A stretch of DNA of 64,000 nucleotides from Catajapyx aquilonaris. Lineage: Eukaryota. The position numbers were made by a program, and so were the translations under genes. The notes below the pieces were generated by a model, which saw only the letters and a program-made list of their open reading frames with translations, did no database searches and was not told the origin of the DNA. This document shows positions 13,101 to 24,600 of the stretch, one piece after another. How positions within the stretch are numbered: position 1 is the stretch's first letter; every line of letters begins with the position of its first letter. The stretch is from the NCBI GenBank assembly GCA_000934665.2, contig KZ538006.1:1-64000 (forward strand), read 5' to 3'.

Positions 13101-16100
13101 TATGTTGATTACTTGTGATACTTTTCCACGCCGGAGCATTATTGCTGCTCCCGTGAATTTATCAGATGAAACATATCACATTGGCGCACTGCTACATCCT
13201 TATCGCTCATCATGCTTCCGATCACTCACTTATGACAGTATTGCAAGAAATTAGTAACAATGCTGACTGGAATATCTCTGTGAATGAAACAGAAGTTGAC
13301 TCTAAACCTCGTGACTTGTGGTGCAACTACTGTTATTCTGTGATGGCTTGTGGAGAAAGTACCTCCCATTTACTTCCATGCAGGAAATGATATAACCAGG
13401 ATAGGTGGATGGTGGAAACGTAGCGTGACTTATCCATTACTGGTGGTTCCGCGTGGAACTCTTGCACGCTACAGTTCCAGCACATCCGTCAAAATTTGAC
13501 CCACGATACCAGACAGAAGCAGGGGCAAAAGGTGTGAAGTACAGTAATATCTACCATTTACCAAAAATCGAACGTATCAACAGGAGACCACGTCTCACTA
13601 AAGAAACATGACTTCTGATATTGGCCCAATCTCTAGCAAAGTGCTCCAGTTTTATTGGTAAACACAGGTCTAATAATGAAAGCTACATGAAGTGACAGTG
13701 CTTTAAATTAGATCCGGTTGGAATACGCTTACCAACAAACAATGTGATTGGTCAAAGAGATCCGGATGCTTCCCAAATATTTTGTTTAAGTTTGTTAGTT
13801 CATGTGAATCGAGTGGGTATTGCCATACCTACCACGTAAAACTGGTATCATCTTGCTACACCTTTATTATTGCACAACTTTACTTAACTGATGGTTCAAT
13901 TACGCTAATGCACTTGGTGGTAGCCAGAAATTCGTGGCCCAAATAGCATTTCTTTTGGAGCAAATCCGCAGGAGCAAAACACACACCACTTCCGCAAACG
14001 ACTTTCCCACTGAGCTTTCGAGACCCATCAAGCCTCCGAGTTACACATCCGGTAATAGGAAGAGGAGTTGCGTATCAAATGACCTCCACCATCCATAATC
14101 ATCAAGACTTGGGCTTTATCTCCATCCACCCCGCAAACCCTGTCCAGGTAATTCTGTGCAGACTCAGAATTCCGCCCAACAAACCCACCCCCTTTTCCCT
14201 CCCAACCAACAGCCCAGCAGGCAACTCTTATCTAGAACAATCCCGAAATTACCAACGCAATTGGCGGCCGCAGCATGAACACATGGCAGATGGTTCTCGC
14301 TTCCCAGAATGCGATCCGGCACACCCGAATAAACTACTTGTACAGTAAAATGTGGGCAAAGCCTCGGCCTCCAGGTTCAATGATCGAAACCCGGCAAATG
14401 GCGTCACCGGAGCTAAAATGGCGGGCAAGTTTACCTCCCCCTCTCTCCAGAGGGCCATTCGACTTATGATCCTGGAAAGGCCGAATATGGAAGGGGGGTG
14501 GAAAGTGAGTGCCATAAAGTGAACCATGGGGCCCTGGCTATATAGAGGGAATCATACGCCTGGACTATAGGAGAAAAGCTGGCAGCTGTAATCTCCGCCG
14601 GCAGGGTTGGAATTTGCGGCATTAGACCCTCGAGCTTGGAAGGGGGTGTGACGTCACTGGAGAGTGCTATGAGAGGAACTTTACAACAATAATGCTACTA
14701 TTAATTTTATTGCGTTTAATCCACGTGTTTCGGAGGGTTAGAGGCCTTTCATGGCGGAGTTACTGTGCGTTGCAGCCACTTCGTCAGAGTCGACCGCGAT
14801 GGGGGGATTCAGGTGTGGTTTTACCGCGAGCCACATTTTTCATTCTGTAAATAACCGTGTGGTATTTGCACGAATATGGCCAAAGTGGTCGGCTAATTAC
14901 CTGGACGCATTATTCATTATGAAAAGTATCGGAGTTATGCTGCAGAGAAATGGCAAAAAAATAAGCATGTACGCACGTAATCCACTAACTATGATTGTAT
15001 GCTGTTCTGACTGGAAATTTCAAATGATATATATGCTGCATGCTCTGTTTTCTTATAGCACTGACCCTATTTCTGGTTCAGCGCGAAACAGCATTTATGG
15101 AGTATTCATCATTTCATTATTGCCTTCTTTCTTATTCCCCCGCATGCAATATGTATTCATGGCGCGTACCATAAAGCAGAGAACAGCATCAAGCATATGG
15201 AAAAAGAAAGATGCTTCCTTTGTTTCCGGGCTCCCCCAAAAAACCACAGGCACAGTATTCCCAGCGAAGAACCATTTCGTTGCTTATAAATCATCTTCAT
15301 TCCTGACCTCCAGAAATCCTTCCCAACACTGTGGATTGCCTTCCCAAAATATATTCGCCATGCTGCATATACACAGCCTATATATTGAAGCCTTTTCTCC
15401 ACAAAATCAGATTCAACAAAACAGACACAGTCTATGGCATCACAGGTATCTACGGGGAAAAAATGGTAAGAGTATACTCGCATTGGCTTATCATTTCGCC
15501 TTTTATTTCCCGTCTGATCCAATTTGCTCGTAATGGCAATAATTAGCTGTAATCGCGGAGATAAATCCCTTTATGCTCATGCATCACGACGCCTTTGCCA
15601 GCCCATGGGGTGCGCCAGGAAGATACTACAGTATGGGATAGGGGGAGTTAAAATAACCGTGTGGGGGAGGGCCAATGATAAGGTCGGACTGGCAACGGGA
15701 TCTCTTCCACATGAAACACTGCAGCACGTGTTAATAGAGCCCGTAATGGTCACCGTGATACACGGCCACCGTATCCGTTAGACTAAAAAAATTTAAAAAA
15801 AAGCCCATTCATACTTTTGAGCCTCACAACTTGGGAGATAGGTCAGCTTTGACTGGCGCTAATAAATAACAAGAAATAGTGGGAGAATCTTCTAATGTTC
15901 CGACCTACTTTTAGAGCAACTGCGGCTATTGACGTAACACCCTCAGGCGACAGTTCGCAACTTTCTTTTCCCTCCGAATACGGTCCCATAAATCGCAGAC
16001 TGCAATCAGAAGTTGCGTTCTGGGTGGGTTTTTTTTTCGCGAGTGAGCAGCAGAATAATGTTATTTCTAGCCTAGATTCGTAGTGCTCCTCATGTGTGGA

Positions 16101-19100
16101 TCATCAGTGATGGCCATCATTATAACGTGCTCAGCATGCCTGCCGGCCAACATTTTAAAACCCACTTTTTTCACCCTAACTACAATCACATGTCCGGCAC
16201 TGCCTGCATTAATGCATTTTTTGGGGGGTTCAGAATCCTAATACAAAATTACAGTGGTGCACCTATTACCAGGCTTTTTGTATTCGCGTTTTTCTGGTTG
16301 TCGGGAAAAGGCGTCCCTTCTCAAATTATCTCCGGTGATTTGTCTCTACCTTTCTCGCCCATTATTTCTGCCAGTGGAAATGTAACCACATTTTCTGCGA
16401 AGAGCAGGCCTCTAGTGGAATCAAGGAATTGCAAATGTCGCATTCTGAAAAAAAGGAGGCAGAAAATTCCCAATATTGGATTTAGTAACAAAAAATCGCA
16501 TTCTCGCGCTTGTACAGACATATATGTGCTGTTAATGTCACTTTCTCATTAAACAAGGTAATTCTATGACCAATTTTTTTTTCGATATTCAGCCTTCGCA
16601 CTAAAAAAAATCGATTGCAAAATCATCCCGCCTTTCTCTCTCTGTCGCCATCTTTCTTCGCCAAACTTCCGCAAACAAAGCTCTCCCTTTAATTGGAGCG
16701 AAGAGAGGATTTTCTCCATATTCCAATAAAGCAATATCATCAGCCAGATGAAATTGCTCCGGAATTATTCCTACGATAATAAGCCTTTCTATTCACACTC
16801 CTTCCAAATAGACGCCATCTTTGACTCCCTACCCAATTTTGCACATTGTCAAAAAAAAATTCAGGAAAGTCAAAATGTGGCACATTAGTATGAAAATTTA
16901 CTACAGGTAAGGAAAGCGTGCTGTAGTTGCCTAACTGTTTAATTATCAATGAATGCGCACGCAGCAATGCTTCACCAGGCACGGAAGGCATTAACCCAGC
17001 ACTTGAAGCGTATACGGTACCCAGAGGAGCCGTACGCAAGTGCAAGTACAAACTAATAAGGCAATTAAAACCGCCATTACAACCGGCCCAGCAAGATATA
17101 AAAGCCCTAGAATTTTCTGAGAAAAGATCGCCATCATATATATTTTTTTCCCGACTTTTTCCGGATATAAAACCGCAGTGGGACACACAGTCGCGTTTTC
17201 TACATTTGCTTCGGTTCCCATTCCCTCTTTTTTCATGGCTGCCAACAACACTCAAGGGTGACAACAGGCAATCACCCCCAACATCTATCCCCTCCGTGGG
17301 ACTTATCCCGGGGTTCCTCCTTCCCCATTTCACCTCCATAAATCTGAGGCATCGTGGGAACACTCCCCCATCCTCAACCTCCCCCCCTTTTTTTCCAAAA
17401 AAAAAACGGAAAAAGAAGAGAGGCAAATGGCAGCACCGGGAGATGATGTTACTGCAGAAGAGGAAGATGGTAGAAGACGTTGAAGAAGTGATTCAAGTAC
17501 GTATGAAAAAGTGGCCTCTAGTCCAATCGGGTAATTTTCACACGAGCTGTCCGTTCCAATACTGGAAGGATGGCCAGATATCAGTTTACGCCGCAGGTTA
17601 CAACGATATCATTTTTTTTAAAAAAAAAGCCATAAGCCCACCCAAAAAAAAGTGAAGCGAGCCATAAATTTACACTAGAATGATTCAATTCTAATTTGCA
17701 CAAAGCAAGAATTTGATCCCTTTTGAAGTATACGGTGCACACAATTTTTTTGAAGTGTCCATTATTTCCAGGAGCGTTCCAGCTTTGAAATGGCAGGTCC
17801 ACAAATAGTGCAAAAAAAACATGCGTATAATTACCTTCTTTCACAGCTGGGCGAGCCCTGTATGGCATATCTGAAAGGACAGAAAAAACGTACACTCAAT
17901 AGGTATAATTTACCACACAGTCGCCGGCCACAAGTCCAAAAAATTGCTTAAAGGTTTTAACACCGTCCTGCAGGTGATTGCGTGCATATATTGCTGGACA
18001 TTCGCCAACCGATGTGTTCCATTACTAGTGATACGAGTTGAGTGCGCAACTTTCCATCAGTGTTCGACATGCATAATTCATCTGCCAAACATGATGTATC
18101 GGCAAACAAAATCTACAAAGGTAAACATTAAAGGTGATATTTGACTGCGGGTCAGCTGATGTAATTGACTTGTTGCGCCGATGCGGTACCGAGGTTTGCT
18201 TTTATTCTAATCCTCTGACGACCGATGAATAATGCGAGCCGTTTGGCGGATGATCCCACGAATTGTGTTACGCTCACATTCGGGTTTTATCGGGTCAAGT
18301 TTCACCGCCGAGGTACCATTGACACATTGCTGTAATTGCATAAATATGCCATATTAAGCAATTATTGATTCCAGACCACGTGGGAGTGTAAAAAAATTTG
18401 CTGGGAAAAAGACATCGCCCGGAATGTCGTTAATGTTTGTCAGCAAAGGACAGCAATAATAATAATTATCATAATTATTGCGCTGTTTACTTGTGGGACA
18501 CGAGTAAACCAATCACTGATTTATAAAGCGTCCATGTTGCACATAAACTATAAATCAATAACATAAAAATGAGCATATGGGACAACTGATAGGATGGGAA
18601 GAAGTGCGAATATTTTTCAGCAGACTGAAACTGTAGCGAATTCGTGCTAATGCAATTATGTCCTGAAAAATGTACCAGAGGACCGGGCTTAAATTAAATC
18701 ATCCTGTCTTACCGAACCCAGCAACAACCGCGACGTATAACTCCCATCCCAATAAACCCGAATCAATCGACAATCGACAATGCAAATGACAACGGGCTGC
18801 AGGCAATTTTCACAGCCATATCGAACTGAGTGCCCACATAAAACCAGGCGCATGGTCAGTCACATAAACTGACCCCCGAGTGAAAGATCACGCCTCCAAT
18901 GGTGACCTGAAACCCTACCCTAGGGGGGTTGAATGTATCCGCATGTGATCCAACAATAATTGATGCAAAAAAAAACCGTCCAACCCCACAACAATCGGCA
19001 AATAGTCGTTGCCGCATGTATTAAGACAAAGCGAGTCCACCATTTTATGAGCCACTAAATCACGCCCTGAAGCTCATTGTGGTTGGAAGCGTATGGAGGC

Positions 19101-19459
19101 AATTGACCATTCGGCGGTCAGGGGGTGGGTTTTAATACCCATTACCCTCTAATTATTATTAACTTGCTTACCAGTTTTCATCGGCCGCACGTTTTATTAA
19201 TTGACGCCCGGATTATTCCACAAACATAAGCACGGGGCATGTGTTGCTACCGGGGGTGGGCTACACACACAAAAAAAATCGAACTTGCATTGGAAAAAAA
19301 GCAAATCGAGCGACAACCTGGAAAAAAAAACCCATGGTGCCCACAAATATATGTGCTGCTCCTCTGGCAGTCCCTGTTACCATGGTGACAACAAATGACG
19401 TGTCATGAGCGGCATCCGCAGAATTCCGAAAAAAAGGAGGAAAGGGGGGGGGGGGGGGG

Positions 19460-19644
19460 NNNNNNNNNNNNNNNNNNNNNNNNNNNNNNNNNNNNNNNNN
19501 NNNNNNNNNNNNNNNNNNNNNNNNNNNNNNNNNNNNNNNNNNNNNNNNNNNNNNNNNNNNNNNNNNNNNNNNNNNNNNNNNNNNNNNNNNNNNNNNNNNN
19601 NNNNNNNNNNNNNNNNNNNNNNNNNNNNNNNNNNNNNNNNNNNN
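19460..19644. other. Assembly gap (185 N) flanked by G16 and C14 homopolymers
   Basis: N run, with a G-run at 19444-19459 and a C-run at 19645-19658. Confidence 0.99.
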
Positions 19645-20564
19645 CCCCCCCCCCCCCCAAAAAAAAAGTCAACGGATTGACAGCACACACTCAACTCGTA
19701 TATACATAGTGGGAACGACAGGCACACAACTGTAGGGGGGAATATTTTAAGCAGCTTTTCGCAACAAGCAGTAGGTGCTTAAAATATTGGGATGAAAACT
19801 TGCGCTCAACCGTGTACATGCATAATTTCACACATTTCAGCTACAGAATTTTGCCAACAGGTCTCGTTTGACAACCAGTACAACTTTGTAGGGCCAGTAT
19901 AGGAGAGTCAACTAGACAAAAGGGTAGTGTTAAAACAACAGTTTTGCAGAAGAAGAAAAAAGAAGCGTAAACTCTGGAAAAACAGTGGTAAAACTAATGC
20001 GGTGAGAAAGAATCACAAATGGGCAGGTGGGTTGTTTCCATGATTAACAGTCTTGATGTATTGAATGAAACGCCTGATAATGCGAAACGTCAAGCGGGAT
20101 GTAACGCTGTTCCCTTTATCACGTAGGACAAATGATATTCGTACTATGGCTGTCCAGCATCAAGACTGACGCTGTTAATCAAATGCCAAAAATGTGCTCT
20201 AACATTGACAAAATATTCAGAATTAAATAGGCACACAAAATGGCAATTAAAATAACAGTTTTAGCTATACTGTGCGCGGTTCCTGCTATACCCTTCAGAA
20301 GTTGACTTCCTTACCGGTCTACCAGTACCAACAGAACTTATACCGAGACCCCAAAAATTACACCAATTTCACCTCACAATTTTCCGCATAAATTTTTCTC
20401 TTTAAAGCCAGATCCAACTTGTGCATGTTTCCTCCGCATGCACACAGTGCCGCCATCCACAAAAAACTGCACAAAGCCATCATCATCACACGACACCGAG
20501 AATATGTATGTAGGCCTACAACCTACAGGAAGTAAATACCTACAAGTATGGATCATGTACGTAC

Positions 20565-21084
20565 AGTTAAGGTAGAGGAGGATGCCGGAAATGAGCACGA
20601 ACACAATGAGAAGGAGAACAACGATAAGGAGTAGCATGGGCAGACGGCACCACGTCCTTCTCCACACGGCGCTGCTCCCCGAACAACAGCCCGACCCGCA
20701 CTCAACCGGCGACAAACAAGAACCCGGAGTCTCCGATTCAGATCCGGACCCGGCACAACATGCTCCGGGGTCGCAACAACTACCGCCTTCCAGTTCCGGC
20801 TTGGTCTGCTGAACTGGTGTCGGTTGTTGTTGCTGCTGTTGCTGCTGTTGTTGTTGTGGCGGTGGTGGCTGCTGTTGTTGCGGTTGTTGGAGCAGCATGG
20901 CCTGCTGGTGTGGCTGTACCACCGCCGCGGCCGCCGGTTGCTGGTGGTAGTACGAGTGGCTCGGCGGCGGTATGGGCGTCTGGTGGTTGTTGAGGTACCA
21001 GTCGTACCCCGAGGGTGTCATCGGAGTCATGATCTTGTGGTTGGGCGGATCCTGCACCACCATCGGTCTCATGTACACGCCCAT
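20565..21084 (-). CDS. First recognisable coding exon of a type II single-pass membrane protein (cytoplasmic Pro/His/polyQ and Cys-rich N-terminus, then a signal-anchor helix). Downstream exons were not found in the window.
   Basis: The ATG at 21084 is in a strong context (ACCATGG). The region is GC/CpG-rich with protein-like composition (MGVYMRPMVVQDPP...Q11...SCCDPGACC...WRRTWCRLPMLLLIVVLLLIVFVLISGILLYLN). Basic residues precede a ~25-aa hydrophobic stretch. Right after Asn173 plus 1 nt comes GTACGT (20564-20559), a plausible phase-1 donor, after which composition turns AT-richer and the ORF tail to 20374 looks non-coding. Confidence 0.85.
20824..20856 (-). repeat. Mixed CAA/CAG polyglutamine tract (Q11) within the coding exon
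   Basis: The plus strand reads ttgttgttgctgctgttgctgctgttgttgttg, flanked by further Q/P runs. Confidence 0.9.
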
Positions 21085-21092
21085 GGTTCCAT
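21069..21092 (-). other. Out-of-frame uORF (MEPWACT*) overlapping the main start codon
   Basis: The minus strand reads AAG ATG GAA CCA TGG GCG TGT ACA TGA. Its ATG at 21092 lies 8 nt upstream of the main ATG, with A at -3 and G at +4. Confidence 0.5.
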
Positions 21093-21179
21093 CTTGGAGA
21101 TGGCGTCGATGGTGGTGGCTGTAAGGTGGGGGTGGAGGAGGGGCGGCAATGGTGGACCCCTTTGTGCCACTCGCCCTCT

Positions 21180-21221
21180 TTATGGCAGAAGTAGTGGTGG
21201 CGGTGGCTCAGGCGGAGGCAT
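21180..21221 (-). other. Proline-rich uORF (MPPPEPPPPLLLP*) in the putative 5' leader
   Basis: The minus strand reads ATG CCT CCG CCT GAG CCA CCG CCA CCA CTA CTT CTG CCA TAA. Whether it lies in the mature mRNA is unknown. Confidence 0.4.
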
Positions 21222-21451
21222 CCTGCTGGAAGGGCCTAGACACCAGGGTTTGCTCGTTAACCGAATGTTACATTAGACGCACAACTCGCCGCTTAAAATC
21301 TACACTGTGGGTTGCCTCGTGTGTCTTAGGGCACCCAGATCGTCGCCTATACAGTCCTTTAAGCCAAAGAACGATCTGACATCACACCAGCGGTATGCTA
21401 TTCCAGAGCATGATATTGTACGACCACTTTCAGAGAGGGATGCGACGTATT

Positions 21452-21625
21452 ATGACGTTTCATAATGGACCAATCAGAGGCACGATCAGATACTTGAAGC
21501 TCATTGGATAGGAGGGAGAGGATCGTCCCACTGATTGGTGCTTTATGAAACGTCATCACAAGTCACATCCCTTTCTAGATAGGAGGGAAGAACCGGGTGG
21601 AGGCGGGCTGAACGTGACGTCACGT
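21452..21625. promoter_or_regulatory. Promoter-like module: three CCAAT boxes, a flanking CRE/ATF-like inverted repeat and a palindromic CRE
   Basis: CCAAT at 21470-21474, ATTGG at 21503-21507 and ATTGG at 21534-21538. ATGACGTTTCATAA (21452-21465) and its exact reverse complement (21543-21556). ACGTGACGTCACGT (21612-21625) contains TGACGTCA. The module lies ~370-540 bp upstream of the ATG in CpG-rich DNA. Confidence 0.7.
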
Positions 21626-24600
21626 CGTTCTTTGGTTTATCGGACTGTACGGCGTCACCGGTTGATCGCTCATTTCTTTTCTACGCTGTCAGCTGGACGA
21701 CGCCATAGCGAGTTGCACGTCCAATCTAAGCGGTGTAATACCCGCGCACATTTTTTTGTATGTTGTTGCACGCCAGTCGTCATCTCTCTCCCGACTATGC
21801 CCTACATATCGACTGGTGCACAGTTCCAGCCTGCATCTATTACCAGGATCAACTCTGGCCAACTGCCAGTTGCGGGAACAGAGTACATGGAATTTTAACG
21901 GAAAAAGTCGCTCCACCCCATGCGTTTACCACGTATATGTACTCTGTATTCAGTACATTACGGATTCATGATATGAATTATTCCAAACAGCATTACTATA
22001 CGGCGGAAGGTAATCGAGAGACGATCGACCAACGTGACATGCAGTTTCATCAAGCCCCCCCTCTCGACTATCACCATTGCCTCCTTTTACAGCCTCCACT
22101 TGTCTGTAGCACCTAAGGAAAACGCCGGAGCGCACACAATTAAGCGCTGTTCCCCTTTTCCCTGTCATTGCCTCCCTCCCTCTTCTCCTGTCGATGGCTC
22201 TTAAGAAAGCGGGAAAAGGCCTATTGATTGGGCCAGTGCCACAAACCCTTCCTTCCTATGAGACCGGGCACAGGCTTGGAAACAACGGGGGTAATAGATT
22301 GCACCCCCAAGCACACTACGTTTCCAACCAGGATCATCCCTTCATTCGCCGCCTGCTGCCCCACGTCGCACACCTCGTCCTTCTCTCAGGACTATTTGCA
22401 TACATATCTACTGTAGGTATAATAGGTTTTAACCACGGTCAACCACTGGCTATTCCAGGAAAATGTGAAATGAGGAGCGTGGTGGGAAAACATGACAACC
22501 CTCATTTATGTCATTTTTGACCTAATCATCTAGCAGTGTAAAAGACATGACAGTTTGGTATACTCATATTCTTCCACCAATTCTCTCCAAAAATGCCAGT
22601 GTGTCCTCCCATTTTTTAAAAAAGTCCGATAGGTAGTGCATCAGTCCGCAAATGAAAAACAGAGGAAACAACATTTTGTCCCTTCAAGTTCAGTGACCTC
22701 AATATCTAGAGTCCCGGATTAATATAAGAACTGCAAGTATTGAGTATAAGATTCGATTCCTTCTTCTCTTTTTTTTGCCCTTTTTTTCTTATTCCCCTTC
22801 CCCCCTTTTCCCCTTTCCCCCTGTATAAGGAATGGGAGGGAATGGAAACGGCCCTGGGATCGAGGGGTTGGAGAGAGAGAGAGAGAACCCATACGTTCCC
22901 ACAGAGGTTGTAAGCAGAGGATTTCTTCCACCCTCTTCACCCGTTTTCTCTCCAAAGAAGTGGAAAAGCGCAATAATTCCGGCCTGGTGTTCAATACGCC
23001 ACAGACGCTGACCACAATAAGAGGCTCCGCTCTGCCTTGGACATCTTACGAGTGATTTAGTGCTCCTGGCAGATCGGCTCTGATTGCCCTTGGAGACATG
23101 GGCTCCCAACACAAAACCAGGAGGGATCCAAAAACACTATACCGGACCCAATATACAGGAATTCACCCAGGGATCGTTTCTTGGGGCCGTAAAAGGGCGG
23201 CGTCAGGGGTTTACTTGCGACATACTTGCCATTGCGCTGTCATGCTGCCCAGACTGTCATTCAGCCATGGCTGGATATTGAACTTTTTTTCCCCCTTTCT
23301 CAGACCCATCGCGGTGGGTAATTTTGTACACGTATGGGCTTATGGGAACGATCCATGCGGTTGTCAACTTCAACTGTTACTACACATCAACAGTCTGTTG
23401 TGGACAAAAGCTTTCAAGAAATGTTTGTCGATTTTATGTCAATTGTAACAGTAAATTATATGCAGGTAGATAATCCCTTCTAAACATCTGTATGATCTGA
23501 CAAGTGAGTACAGGGTACTAATAAATGATAATTTAAAATATAGAGGCAGAGAAAATTTGCTGCTGTATTATCAACAGCCTTGAAACTACAAGGTATTACC
23601 AATATCAAAGCACTTGCATCTAACTTTTGAGAAATATTTATTTATTTATTTATTTGCCTGTTTTTTTGTTGTTACAACAATTTGTGGATCGTTCATCTTT
23701 AGTGAGAGAAGAGACAGAAATGTTACAAAGTTAGACTATATGTTACATAATTATGCCAATATTTTATATCAGCACAAGTGTATAAACTAGTGAAATGAAA
23801 GCACTTTATTTTCGCCATATTTAATTTAGAAAGTTTCAAAATACTGTAGAGCAGATTCAGAAAAGTTTTGTTCATATGTACGATACTGTAGTGTAGCGTG
23901 CTGTAAAGTGATTGGATCCCCAATATTTATAATCTCCAACTTATTCTGTAGTTTCCTAGTTATTATGATCGACGTTGCATATTTTATGCAACGGCTTAGA
24001 AAAATTGCATTCCCAGCAGTCCCCAATCTACAGTCTCGACTTCCAGCTTTCAATTACATATCGGACGAAATATTTACTCCAAATATTGCTCTTTGAAAAA
24101 TTCACAAACTCAGGCTGAAACTCTGCAGGTAGTTGAACTGCAATATCGGTACACAAAAACTAGCTGGAATAAAATCAATGAAAACAGTGTAAGAGCCAAA
24201 TCAGCAAAGTTTTGTTCCCAGTAGAGATTTGTTTTCAAAATCGAGCACTTTCTGACAAAACTTGATACAAACTGCACTTGTATGAAAACTTGCCCGCACT
24301 TTCTCTTCTCGTCACTGCTGAGCCCACGGAAGAAGAGAGAGTAACGGAAGAAGAAGGAGGGGGGAGGGGACTTTCTAATACTTTGTATACTTTCCTTGTG
24401 TTTTCCATCGATCCAACACGAACAGGATCTGAGAATTTTACAGCTGATCTACAACTCTGGTGCCGACTTGGAGCCATTTCATCATAAATAAAACCCAAAT
24501 TGTTGCCACCGTATTACCCCCTCCCAAGTAAGACAAACTGGAGAGGGACGCAAAAGGGAAAGTGGGGATCGATATTAGAATGTTTCAACAAACTTAGAAT

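Larger units (their letters stand above)
1..20564 (-). other. Probable large intron of the minus-strand membrane-protein gene, extending beyond the window start
   Basis: It follows the donor at 20564. No ORF in 1-20500 has recognisable domain content, and the region holds a MITE and low-complexity tracts. Small exons could have been missed. Confidence 0.55.

Noticed and set aside
13166..13610. Stretch with coding-like texture (possible TE or pseudogene relic)
   Set aside because: The plus-strand frames I translated are interrupted by stops, and none gave a recognisable motif.
16740..17655. Overlapping 228-aa (-) and 242-aa (+) ORFs
   Set aside because: They have non-ATG starts, run through homopolymer/low-complexity tracts, and show no recognisable domain or splice context.
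19377..19727. ORFs spanning the N gap
   Set aside because: Artefacts of translating N and the flanking G/C runs.
20374..20564. C-terminal 63 aa of the 236-aa ORF as coding
   Set aside because: It lies after the GTACGT donor. Composition shifts and the peptide looks random, so it is most likely intron read-through.
20824..21276. Plus-strand 150-aa poly-Leu ORF resembling a signal peptide
   Set aside because: It is the antisense shadow of the polyQ codons and has a non-ATG start.
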